A stretch of 63,580 nucleotides of DNA, filler included, from Folioceros fuciformis (Eukaryota), in NCBI GenBank assembly GCA_049999805.1. It is 8 parts of 8 records of this genome, joined end to end, with 100 filler letters (N's around TTAATTAATTAA, not from the genome) between each part and the next. Parts side by side here need not be neighbours in the genome. Positions count along the whole stretch, not along the records: positions 21,413 to 40,887 come from JBNGIO010001000.1; positions 40,988 to 45,810 come from JBNGIO010001002.1; positions 45,911 to 51,414 come from JBNGIO010001003.1; 5 more parts are not named here. The stretch is one strand, 5' to 3'. Position 1 is the stretch's first letter. The number at the start of each line of letters is the position of its first letter. The translations under genes were made by a program, and so were the position numbers. A model generated the notes under the pieces. It made no database searches and was not told the DNA's origin. It saw only the letters and a list, made by a program, of their open reading frames with translations. This document shows positions 36,450 to 47,128 of the stretch, in pieces.

Positions 36450-37570
36450 ATGGATTTGCAGGGAAAATTGGCTCTATACCACAAGCAGCAGGCGAAGCTG
36501 CAGACCTCGCTTTCCAAGACAGGTCGTCCTGCCGGTCAGCAGACCAAGCCTTCCACTTCCGCTTCCAAGAAGCCGCTTCAGCCCCCTCCGTCAACACAGC
36601 CCGTGGTGCCCTTTGCCAATCGGTTCTCCTTCACCAACGACCAAGACAAGCTGCAGCAGATTGCTACCATCCGGAAGTCTCCAGTGGGAGCACAGATCAA
36701 GCGGGTGCTAGGGGTTCTGTTAGAGGCAAGCTCTTGTCCCTTCTGGTGAAGAGGAAGGGGTTTAAGGTTGAGGAGGAGGAGGAGGGGAAGTGTTCACATC
36801 GTGCTTTGTTGCTTTCCAGACTCGGCAGAATCTACTGCCGGAGGAAATCAATGATTTGTGCTATGTCGACGTCAAGGCAAACAAGGGAGTGTTCGAGAGC
36901 CTGCAGAACAATCCCAAGGTCGCCTATGACGGACGACGCTTTTGCTACAAGGTAGGGAGAGAAAAACGTGCCACGTCGGGTTGTTTATCTCGCTCAGCGG
37001 TGAGCTGACGGAGATGCGGGCCTTGCTGCGCAGTCTAAACATGACCTGAAGAATAAGGCGGAGCTGCTTAGATGCATTCGGACAGATCCCCATGGCATAC
37101 CTCTGGCAGATTTGAAGGACTCTTATGTGGGAGTGGAGCAGGATGTGCAGGTGGAATTGGTGGTTATTTTGTGACATTTCCTGTCAGGAGGAAGTGGTAT
37201 CTCACGGATGGCCCTTCTTCCGATGCAGGAATTGAAGGCTGCTGGCGAGGTATGGGTTCTCACGAACAGCGACTCGCAGGAAGACGTAGTGTATCCCAAT
37301 GACCCCAATGTCAAGATCAAGGTGGACGAGGACCTCAAGCAACTCGTCAGGGGCGTTGAGTTGCCTAGGGAGTTTGTCGACGTAGAGCGGGAGTTGATGA
37401 AGACGGGCATGAAGCCAGCCTCCAGCTCTGCAAGACGGAACGCCATGGCTGGCATACCCAGATCGGAACAGAAGCCAAAGGAGAAGCCTAAGAGACGCGA
37501 ATCTAAACGCACCAAATACACGAACGCTCACATCCCTGAGATCTTTTCAATCCCTTTGAACCCCTCCTAA
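36450..37570 (+). CDS. GTF2E2: General transcription factor IIE subunit beta, 4 exons, 288 aa
   Basis: Exons 36450-36725, 36820-36951, 37034-37150, 37229-37570 total 867 nt. IRKSPVGAQIKRV, VFESLQNNPKV, YKSKHDLK, DLKDSY, YPNDP, RTKYTNAH. First intron is GC-AG. Confidence 0.93.
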
Positions 37571-38664
37571 AGGCATCCAGAAAAACTCAGGTCTAGTTAG
37601 GATCACTTTTCATTCCCAACGCTTCCCTCCTAAAGAGTCCACAGGCCTGACGAAAAACGGAGTCTCCTCTCAAACAAGTCCGCAGATGAGTACGTTAGGT
37701 AGGGGTACACCACACTGTGGCAGTGAGTAATTTTAGGATTTCTGACTTCGTGTATAACAGTAGAAATCGGCATTGGAGGCCGATATGTGCGTCAAGTCAG
37801 GATGAATCCAGGTGTGGAGGACTGTTGATTGGTTGCGGAGTTTAATGGAAGGAGTAACTGCTGACGTCTGATACGAGTAGTGAAGGACAACGATGTCTCG
37901 CGGCGGCTGAGCCTAGAGGGCCACATCCATGGCGGATGTGATCGACGCATCCCCGATTGCTGAGCCCGTCTGCCAGCCGAGGACGAAGTGGCAAGACTCG
38001 GAAGGCCTTCCTGCCCAAGGAGGCATGCGGAAGAAGCCGAGCCTGTATGCGCAAGAACGGGCCGCAATCGTGCGAGGGAAGGGGAATGCAGCTCAGATAA
38101 GACGAGTGTCGGAAACTGGCGACGATGTGCCCCGAGCTGACCACGTTCCAGACACGCCAGCATGGTGAAGGGAAAACGAGCTGGTGCGGTTTCGGCAGAT
38201 AGTGCGGATACTCGGGCAATGTGAACTTGGCGGATGCTGTTGCAAGGATCTACTCACAGTAGGGGACGAGACCAAGAATGGGCGCATGCGCAGCAATCAA
38301 GAGGAGCTTCTATCGCAGAGCGAAATCTGAGGCCTTGCCTTCACTCCAAAAGGTGTCACTGCTGCCTCCCTTTCCGAGGTGGCCAATCACTTTGTCTGAT
38401 GGATGCTACGCACTACATTATTTGCCGGACTGCAGTTCTCAGCTTGAGTTGGTCCGCCATCTACCCACCTGCAGAGAAGCGCTTGCCATCCTTACTTCTC
38501 GAGGAAGAGGACAAAGGTTGGCCTGTGGTTGGATCATCGGGTTGCTGTTGTTGATACTCAATTGCGGGCAGTCAGGCGTTCCACAGCCAGTAGAAGGTAT
38601 CTGAAATGTTTGTGCCATCTGCAAGCATGGCACCTGCCCTTCGTTTGTAGCTAATATCGCACGT

Positions 38665-40650
38665 GTGCGAAGAATAATTTTGTACTTCAACCTCACCTGC
38701 GGGATTGCCTACCTTGTCTTTTGCAGCGTCCGAACTGCGGCCCAGTTTTTACGGGAATTAGAGACTTTGAGTAAGGAGGGGTTTCTTGACAAGGCTGTAG
38801 CTATATTGCATCTCCTGGATGAGCGAGAGGTGGTCGCCTCTGTGCGCACCTATAGGAACCTCTTGCAGGCATGCATGAAAAGGAAGGCTCTTGCTCAGGC
38901 AAAGCAGGTACATGCTCATTTGCTGAAGAATGGGTTGGAGACCGACAAACTTCTGGGTGATCTGGTTGTCACAACACTGGTTCACTGTGGAAGCCTTGCA
39001 GATGGGCTCCAGTTGTTTGGACGTCTGTCACACAGAACAGTTTACTCCTGGACAGCGGTCATTTCAGGCTACAACAATGCTGGGTTATCTCTGGAGGCCC
39101 TCTCCTGCTATGATCAGATGAAATGCGAAGTAGACCCTAATAACTATACTTTTGTCAGCTTACTGAAGGCATGCAGTAAACTGGAGGACTTGGAAGCTGG
39201 CAAGCGGATACATACAGACGCTGTTGCACAGGGTTTCGGTTCAGACATTTTCATTGGCAGCACTTTGATCAGTATGTATGCGAAATGTGGGGTGATTGAG
39301 GAAGCCCGGCAGGTATTCGATGGACTGTCCCAGCGTAATGTAGTCGTATGGAATGCAATGCTTGCTGCTTATGCTCAGGTGAAAGATGGAGAAACAGCCC
39401 TGAGGACATATCTGCAAATGCGAGAGGAAGGTGTCAGTCCAAATGCTCGGACGCTCGTAAGTGCTCTCCAAGCTTGTAGTCTAGAGGCGGAAAAAGAGTG
39501 CTGTGCTGTAGTAAATGCGCAGGCTGTCAAGGCGAGTTCCCTGCGACGGGGCAAGATCCTACATTCTGAAGCTGTGATCCTGGGTCTGGAAACGGATATG
39601 TTTGTTGGTAGTTGTTTGGTTAGTATGTATGCAAAGTGTGGCAGCATCAGGGATGCGGAAGATATTTTTGCCCGCCTACCCGAGCAGGATGTGGTGTCGT
39701 GGACTGCCATGATCACAGCTTATGCGGAGCAAGAGTGTGGAGACAAGGCTTTGCAGCTGTACGCCGAAATGCAAGCTCAGGGTGTGAGGCCAGATGAAGG
39801 AACATTTATCTCGGTGCTGGAGGCATGCAGCAGTACAGGGGCCATAGATGTGTGCAAGCGCATCCACCAAAGTATGACGGATAGAGGATGGGATGTCAGC
39901 TCATCCCTGCCAACCAGTCTGATACATGCGTATGGGAAATGTGGGAGTATGGTGGATGCTCGTAGTGTGTTTGATTCCCTTCCTCGGCCTGATGTGGCAG
40001 CATTTAATGCACTACTTGCTGGATATGCCCGAGTGGGAGCTTGTGAATTAAGTATGCAATGCTACGAGGACATGTGTCGGGCAGGCATGAAACCAAATGC
40101 AGTCACCTTCTTGTCGCTCCTGTCCTCGTGCTGTCATGCGGGTGAAGTCGACAAAGGATTGGAGTACTTCGAAAACATGAGCAGGCTTCACGGCATTTGT
40201 GCCGGACTTGAGCACTATGCTTGTGTGATTGATCTCGTCGGTCGTGCCGGGCTTTTCAGCAAGGCAGAAGAGTTACTGGCATGTATGCCAATGCAGCCCG
40301 ATTTGCCAGTCTGGCTGTGCTTGCTGGGAGCGTGCAGGAAGTATGGTAACGTCATTGTGGGAGAGCGTGCCTTTGATGGCGCTGTCCACTTGAATCGTGG
40401 TCATGCTGCAGCTTATGTACTGATGTCAAACATCTATGCTGATGCTGGCCTATGGAACTCTGCCAGAGAAGTGGACGAGTTAAGACAGAATGCGGTTAAA
40501 TGGAAGAAGCCTGGGCGAAGCTGGATTGAGCATGGGCAGGAGGTGCACTCCTTTGAGGTGGGGGACAAAAGGCATGAACAAGAAGCAGAGCTGTCGAAAT
40601 TTTTGAAAGCCTTAAGCGTAGAGCTTGAAGATTCTCGCAATTACCTGTAA
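38665..40650 (+). CDS. PLS-class PPR E+ protein (PG box, no catalytic DYW core); N-terminus probably on upstream exon(s)
   Basis: PLS motifs including a long LL-type motif, then E1/E2, ending KKPGRSWIEHGQEVHSFEVGDKRHEQ...RNYL* with no HxE/CxxC. Likely splice acceptor at 38726. Confidence 0.88.
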   Translation: MRRIILYFNLTCGIAYLVFCSVRTAAQFLRELETLSKEGFLDKAVAILHLLDEREVVASVRTYRNLLQACMKRKALAQAKQVHAHLLKNGLETDKLLGDLVVTTLVHCGSLADGLQLFGRLSHRTVYSWTAVISGYNNAGLSLEALSCYDQMKCEVDPNNYTFVSLLKACSKLEDLEAGKRIHTDAVAQGFGSDIFIGSTLISMYAKCGVIEEARQVFDGLSQRNVVVWNAMLAAYAQVKDGETALRTYLQMREEGVSPNARTLVSALQACSLEAEKECCAVVNAQAVKASSLRRGKILHSEAVILGLETDMFVGSCLVSMYAKCGSIRDAEDIFARLPEQDVVSWTAMITAYAEQECGDKALQLYAEMQAQGVRPDEGTFISVLEACSSTGAIDVCKRIHQSMTDRGWDVSSSLPTSLIHAYGKCGSMVDARSVFDSLPRPDVAAFNALLAGYARVGACELSMQCYEDMCRAGMKPNAVTFLSLLSSCCHAGEVDKGLEYFENMSRLHGICAGLEHYACVIDLVGRAGLFSKAEELLACMPMQPDLPVWLCLLGACRKYGNVIVGERAFDGAVHLNRGHAAAYVLMSNIYADAGLWNSAREVDELRQNAVKWKKPGRSWIEHGQEVHSFEVGDKRHEQEAELSKFLKALSVELEDSRNYL

Positions 40651-40887
40651 AATGTTTTCACCCTGAACGGGAAAACTGTGCACGTTTTGCCATGTCATTA
40701 AGGAAATGCCAAGGAGGGGAGTTCTGTTTTAGCGTCACCGATCGCTGGGTGGAGTGTCTCAAGTCCTTACGATAAGCTTTATGCACAACTCTGGACCTTG
40801 CTGCATGGCCGACATCGCTGTAGAATTGAAATTTATGATTGATTCTTGCTCGAATCCTGTAAAGCAGAGAATGTCTTCTTGTTTGTG

Positions 40888-40987
40888 NNNNNNNNNNNNN
40901 NNNNNNNNNNNNNNNNNNNNNNNNNNNNNNNTTAATTAATTAANNNNNNNNNNNNNNNNNNNNNNNNNNNNNNNNNNNNNNNNNNNN
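40888..40987. other. Artificial contig linker
   Basis: N44-TTAATTAATTAA-N44. Confidence 0.99.
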
Positions 40988-41080
40988 CCCACAGTGCAAG
41001 AAAGAGACGGACATCCTTGACGACCACAATACGGGAGACATCGTTTGCAAAGAGTGCGGCAACGATGGCCCCCACACCAT
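40988..41080 (+). pseudogene. TFIIB-type zinc-ribbon coding fragment abutting an LTR
   Basis: Frame from 40989: PQCKKETDILDDHNTGDIVCKECG, matching the CxxC...D...GD.VC..CG TFIIB ribbon pattern. Cut by the contig edge at left. Confidence 0.55.
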
Positions 41081-41477
41081 TGTGAACCCGCCTAGTCCCC
41101 CCCTTCCTTCCTCCCTCCTTACTCTCAATCATGTCCAACCTATAGCTTTGGCCACATGGATGGCTCCGTTGTACCATGCACTCCTTGAAGCATCGCTAGA
41201 GGAGCCACATGGTGAAGGAGGAGAGGAGGAAGCAAAGAGGAGTGGAGAAAGAGAGGTCTCACACTCTCACACAATGTCTCTATTGCAAGGGAGCTCAAGG
41301 GGGCATTTATACCCTCTAGAAGAGCTCCAAAGGAAGCTTCACAAGAAGCGCACAGGAAGCTGCGAGAGAAGCTTCTTATAGATTAGCTTAAGCTAATCTA
41401 AACAAATGATATTTAACTATACATTAATCTTAGACTAAGCACATTGGGCTTTAATAACCCTACACTCCCTACCCCTT
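41081..41477 (-). mobile_element. 3' LTR (384 bp, TG...CA) with adjacent polypurine tract of an LTR retrotransposon; decayed internal sequence extends to about 42350 or beyond
   Basis: Minus strand reads AAGGGGTAGGGAG (PPT, 41477-41465), then TGTAGGG...GGTTCACA (41464-41081), with internal TATAAAT at about 41310-41304. CEWCG knuckle-like remnant near 42200. Confidence 0.65.
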
Positions 41478-43217
41478 CATACCTTTTTCCCGGTCTATTG
41501 GTTGCACCAAGCTCAATGCCAAACACAACAAAACATTCAGGCTTCTCTGCTTCTACTCAACCAGAATATGGTTTCAGTTTGCTCAAAACCAATCTACAAC
41601 CAACATCATTTCCATTACAATTGTTCGTTCACATTGTCGCGCTCGGCATCTCACTCACAACACAAACAAGCTAGCATCCTCTCCCTCTCCACATACACAC
41701 TGTCCACTATGCAGTTCGACAAGCACCTGTCGCTACCCGTCCCAATTGTGTTTCTTCCAGTTGCACTTTACCACATTGCTTTGCTACGACATCCATCAAG
41801 CACACTCATACTATTTTCACAAGATGTTCACACCCCGTCACGTCCACACTCAGCAATCATCCTCCATCCACACCCATAACTGCTCTTCCTCGGTCTACAA
41901 TAGAGATAGACAACCGTTAGAGCCCAATGCAGTCGACACATGTCAAGGACGTAGTTTGTGCACTTCAGCCCGACCTCAATTGCCCTGTCCCTTACATCTT
42001 TTAACTCCAGCACACTGGCGCAAGCTGTTAGTGGTAGTTCATATTCTCCCTCTTATACACATTGATGTGGGATCGGTGGTTGTACAAATGTCTTAACCCA
42101 GTTCACAATGTATCCACCTGTGCTTCAAGTGCATCGTTGCAACCAAATTGTGGTCCCAAAATGCAATAGTTGCCATTGTCCTCATAGTCCACACCATTCA
42201 CAGATGGTGCCACTATCCTTGCACGCCTTTTTGCCTCTTGAAATGCCTTTGCAGGAAAGTGTCCAAGAATGTTCCTATCTCCATATTTCTCCGAATATGC
42301 AAGGGAGGGCTAGTATAGGCTAGATAGGCTATGCTAGGGAGAGGGAGTGAGGACTCGGCATGTGATGCTGAGGAAGGAAGATCCAATTTTGGTACATTTA
42401 TGCTTTGTTTTTTTTTTTTTTGTTGAAACCCTACATCGTGGAGTTTGTGTTGTGGTATTTGGTCTTGGTGAAGTGCCACGGGGCTTGATCACTGGTCGCA
42501 AAGCCATGTGCCTACAAAAGGTGATGAATGCTTGAGGCATGCTCGAATCCTAGTAGGTAGTAGGTAATGTGCTTGATGCGCGAGGGTTGAGGCCCATTCT
42601 AGTAGGTGGCAAGAAAGCAGCACGAGCACGTCCTCAACCTGAATTTGCTTGGGTTGTTGAAATTTGTGTCTTCTATGAAGTGTCGTGAAAGATGTGGCGA
42701 TGGCCATGAGGGTTAGCCTAAACCCTAGTTACGATGACTACAATGTAGGATGGCTGAGCCTTGCGCCTCCACAGCCGTGTGCGATGAAGAAACCCTAATC
42801 CGTGAAAGCTCGATGGATGAATGTAGAATGACATTGAACATCCATCTCAGAATTGTTCTCGGTAAAATCTCTAAAACATCTGAGCAACTTTGAGTGTCCA
42901 ATATGATAAAATGTCTGTTTCTGGGTGATGGCCAGACCAGACACAGCCAAAACATGCATCTAGGGGTATATGCCCTTAGATACTTGAGGTAAAAACCCTA
43001 AAATAGTCCAACCTCCCGTCTATTCGGTTTGGTATGCCATAGAATAAGAATGTCATATGAATTTGTTTTTGTACTATATTGTACTAGAATATGCTCTAAC
43101 ATTTTTTTTCATACTATACTTACCATCCACTATGATACGTGTAGTCCATGAAAAGTTTCATGATCTACATGTTTAAACTATGTCAAACGCAAGTGCTTCT
43201 TTTAGACTTCAAAACTT

Positions 43218-43388
43218 ATAGTCCGAAAGGATGCAAGTGTTTCCTTTCTTCTAGAATTCAACAGAAAACACACAATAGTCCGAAAGGACACAAGTGTTTC
43301 TTTTCTTCTAGAATTCAAAAGAAGACATACAATAGTCCAAAAAGATGCAAGGATTTCTTTTCTTCTAGAATTCGAAAGAAGACACAAT
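43218..43388. repeat. 57-bp tandem repeat x3
   Basis: ATAGTCC.AAA.GA..CAAG..TTTC.TTTCTTCTAGAATTC... starts at 43218, 43275, 43332. Confidence 0.92.
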
Positions 43389-44281
43389 GGTTTGCATGAT
43401 CATCAATTCATCAATTTATGCATGAATGAAGGACATACGATTCTCGATTAGGATTGTTTTTTTTCCAATCATATATTTTACATGAATATTCTATGACATT
43501 GTCCGCATACATACATATCTTAGAGCTCCCTGTCACATTATGAGCTGCCATACGATATTTTTTTCAGTCTATCATTGTCACTTCAATGGATTGACCAAAA
43601 GAATTAGAAGAATCTTCTCCAGTCCAAAACTTTATTTCTTCTATATTCAGGATCTTTTTTAGTTTTTTAGTCCATACCTGTCTTTCTTCTCCATGCATAA
43701 GCTTCGTCGTATATTTTTTTCACCCCCATCATGCCTTGGACTTCGGACCACCTTTCTTACACACTTCGCCCTAAAGCTTAGCATGTAGAGGGTGACACCT
43801 ACATTCTATGCCCAGGTATTCTTTCCATCCATGCAGGGATGGATGGTTTAGGGTGAGGGTGCGCCCAACGATCCTCTATGTCTACTTTGCATAATAACAA
43901 CACACATGCAGTGGAGGAACATGGCATGAGAGGCCTTCAAGTCTTGGTTTGTAATTGCTCACTCTTCTCTAAGCAAGGGCACACGCGCACTTGGAGCCAT
44001 AGTCTAGGAACCTAGGAACGGGTACACAAGGTTGCTTGCAATACTACCAGAGGCTACATTGGCTTACATAACACATGTGCTTGGTTCGGTGCTCCTCAAG
44101 GTTCCACAGGTTCCTTCAAGTAAAGTGAATCTATCGAAACAGCCGTTCAATCTGCCCACCATTAAGCTCCTCTATTTCATTCTTTGTGATAAGGTTGGAT
44201 ATGGGCATGAGTGTTGCAAGGGCTGCAACGTTAACCCACACCATATTGCACAAACAACAATACTAACTTTCCTTCTAAGTT

Positions 44282-44484
44282 TGCAAGAAGCCCATGCAAT
44301 TGCGTGCATTCTCGGCTCACATTCAATGCTGTAGGACCTGAACTTCACTACAATGTCATTGCTAAACTGAAGCTTGACCAAACCATGCAAGAAGCCCATG
44401 CAATTGCGTGCATTCTCGGCTCACATTCAATGCTGTAGGACCTGAACTTCACTACAATGTCATTGCTAAACTGAAGCTTGACCA
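44282..44484. repeat. 104-bp period tandem duplication x2
   Basis: TGCAAGAAGCCCATGCAATTGCGTGCATTCTCGG... at 44282 and 44386, essentially identical. Confidence 0.95.
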
Positions 44485-44852
44485 CAACCCACTGGTTTGG
44501 CATATCCTCAATCCCCACCTTCTGCACTTGCAACGTTCTCCAACAGCTATTGCAGGCCTCTTGGGTGTCATGGGTACCTACACAACAGTTGGCTCCCACA
44601 AACCCTTTGGATTTGATCAATTGAACCCCATTTCGCGTGGGATTTGGGTGCGATTACATAAACCAAAGGTGTACACAATTCATTCATTTCCAAGGTTACA
44701 TAACCATAGGTTCTAGTGGAGGGAAACAATCGCCTCGAGCTCAAACACAACCTTCATTCTAACAAGATGTTTTCTCCAACACTCACAAATGAACATACAA
44801 GCAGTCAAAATGGGCGACCGCTACCTTCCTTGTCCTAACCCTTTGCTCGTCT

Positions 44853-45080
44853 AGCCCCATTTGTAGCCTCCACTTTTGCCACACCTCCTTTGATGGTTGT
44901 CCTTAGCTTCTGCACAATTTTGTCCCAACCAGCCCCATTTGCAGCCTCCACTTCTACCACACCTTCTTTGATGGTTGTCCTTAGGTTTTGCACAATCCCA
45001 TCCTAGATAGTCCCATTTGCGGCCTCCACTTCTACCACACCCTCTTTAATGATTGTCCTTAGCTTTTGCACAATTCCATC
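44853..45080. repeat. 78-bp tandem repeat x3
   Basis: AG.CCCATTTG..GCCTCCACTT.T.CCACACC... at 44853, 44931, 45009. Confidence 0.9.
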
Positions 45081-45257
45081 CCACGCTGTCATGCAATTGG
45101 TGAAAAAGAAAAAAAAAGAAGAAGTCTTGTATGTCATGTGATGGTTGGATCAGGATGGCCACATTGGGATGCCCTAGTAGCTGCGCACTACCCATACGAG
45201 CATGCCCATTAGCTTCAAAATATGGGACCATATACTATACGATCATATCCATAGAGA

Positions 45258-45342
45258 AGCACATGATTGATGAACTTAATAAACTAGCACATGATTGATG
45301 ACCTTAATAAACTAGCACATGATTGATGACCTTAATAAACTA
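45258..45342. repeat. 28-bp tandem repeat x3
   Basis: AGCACATGATTGATGA[A/C]CTTAATAAACT repeated. Confidence 0.95.
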
Positions 45343-45810
45343 AATTATACTTCATTGGTGTAAGGAGGAACACAAGTTTTATTCTATTTCTTACCAACTA
45401 TGAAGAATCATGGGTGCTGTTTTGTTTCCTCCCACCAAGAAAAAGCACGGGATATAGGGAAACCATCCATACCACTTTCAATTTGATTTATACAATTTAA
45501 AGCTTTATGTGCAATTTACAGAGAGCTAAACGCTTTTCGTGGGTCATCCCTTCAACGAGGGCAGTCTCCAGCCGAACTCCATGTCTCGTACCGTATACCA
45601 CTCATATTGACGAACCGTGAAACCGCTCCATTGGAGCATGTTCGTAAGTTAGAGTTTAACATAGGGTTTCTGTTTAAGTTACAGCTCAGGATCAGCTAGA
45701 AACTTGGAAAAGTGATCCTCACGAAGACCAACCATAGCATTTATGCCGCTGTTCCCCACCGGCGTGGGCAAGAGGATAATCAACCCATCCCAGCCGGAGT
45801 TTGGAATGCC

Positions 45811-45910
45811 NNNNNNNNNNNNNNNNNNNNNNNNNNNNNNNNNNNNNNNNNNNNTTAATTAATTAANNNNNNNNNNNNNNNNNNNNNNNNNNNNNNNNNN
45901 NNNNNNNNNN
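45811..45910. other. Artificial contig linker
   Basis: N44-TTAATTAATTAA-N44. Confidence 0.99.
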
Positions 45911-46052
45911 CCACTAAGACACCACTAAGCACAAACCCCCTAAATGAAGGAACCCTAAGTCTGAAGTTGCAAGATGGCACCTCCAACTACCACCAAGGCC
46001 AAGCTTTAAACACTAAAGTATGACTTGCCAGCCCTAAACAACGAGCATGCAC

Positions 46053-46283
46053 TATGGCAAAACAAAGAGGCTAGTGCTCATGTTTTACTAAACCGTACCC
46101 ATATTTCTTTGCAAAGGGCCCGAATGGCCGATTTATATTTTTTTATTAGGCGACCATTCTTGTTGCTTAAAGAAAGATTTCCAAGACACCCCCTTGCCAG
46201 TTTGGAATTTTTTAGTAGGAGACCATTCGTGTTTCTTTAAGAAAGATTTCGAAGACACCCATTCTCCAGTTTGGTATGCCATA
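46053..46283. mobile_element. Shorter member of the TATGGCATACCAAA-TIR MITE family
   Basis: Left end TATGGCAAAACAAAGAGG; right end GTTTGGTATGCCATA; internal ~70-bp duplication. No clear TSD. Confidence 0.5.
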
Positions 46284-46681
46284 TTATTCCACAAGAATCA
46301 TCAGATTTATAAATAATATCAATTATTTAATATTATTTATAAATAATATAATTTTATCATAATTTTAGATTAAACTAAATTATAATATTTAATAACATAA
46401 AAATATATCTCTTTTTTTAATGATTTCACTTGGCTACATGATATTTAAAACATGGTAGCTTAAGTTTGGACTAGGCAAAATAACACTTCATCTGATAAGT
46501 GATCTTTATCATAAATTATACATATATATTGAAATAACTCTTAAAACGTAATATCATCAATGGGACGGTGGCATCAATTTACCGTAAAGAATGATTCTAG
46601 CGCCTATGTATCCAGGTATGATACAAGAAACATAACCTGCACGCACCGTTCACGCCGCCTTCCTAGTCCTTGTGAATCATT

Positions 46682-46765
46682 CATGTGCAGACGAACTAAC
46701 CCTTCACATGTGCAGAAGAACTAACCCTTCACATGTGCAGAAGAACTAACCCTTCACATGTGCAG
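46682..46765. repeat. 25-bp tandem repeat, about 3.4 copies
   Basis: CATGTGCAGAAGAACTAACCCTTCA repeated. Confidence 0.95.
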
Positions 46766-47128
46766 GATTTGGCCCTATCCTTCGGGAATGAATCAGGGGA
46801 AAGGGACCCATAGGTATACTAGTGTACAGAACTCTCATTTTCGAGTCCCCAACCAGGACTCCACGGTGAGTGCCATAATCCGAGAAGCAAGGGGATTGAA
46901 GACCTCACTGCTCTTCGCTCTACAGGCAATAGCTTCCAAAAAACTTGGACTGCGCTTCCTGCATTTAGCCCACAACAAGAGATTATTCTTCGCCAGGCGG
47001 TGGACAAGAATTTGAGAGAGGTAAGATATGGTGAGGATGGTACCGAAGGCAATCAGAAGCCTCAAGTCGGAGGCGTCCAGTTTCACTTCTAAGTCTGCTG
47101 ATGTCACCAGAACCGCGCTCCTTGCATC

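Larger units (their letters stand above)
43430..45090 (-). mobile_element. Second, inverted copy of the unclassified dispersed repeat seen at 2940-5510
   Basis: See matches listed for 2940-5510. Contains its own internal duplications. Confidence 0.6.

Noticed and set aside
37929-38604. Specific upstream exon structure for the E+ PPR gene
   Set aside because: Several donor/acceptor combinations are possible and the phases were not uniquely consistent; needs RNA-seq.
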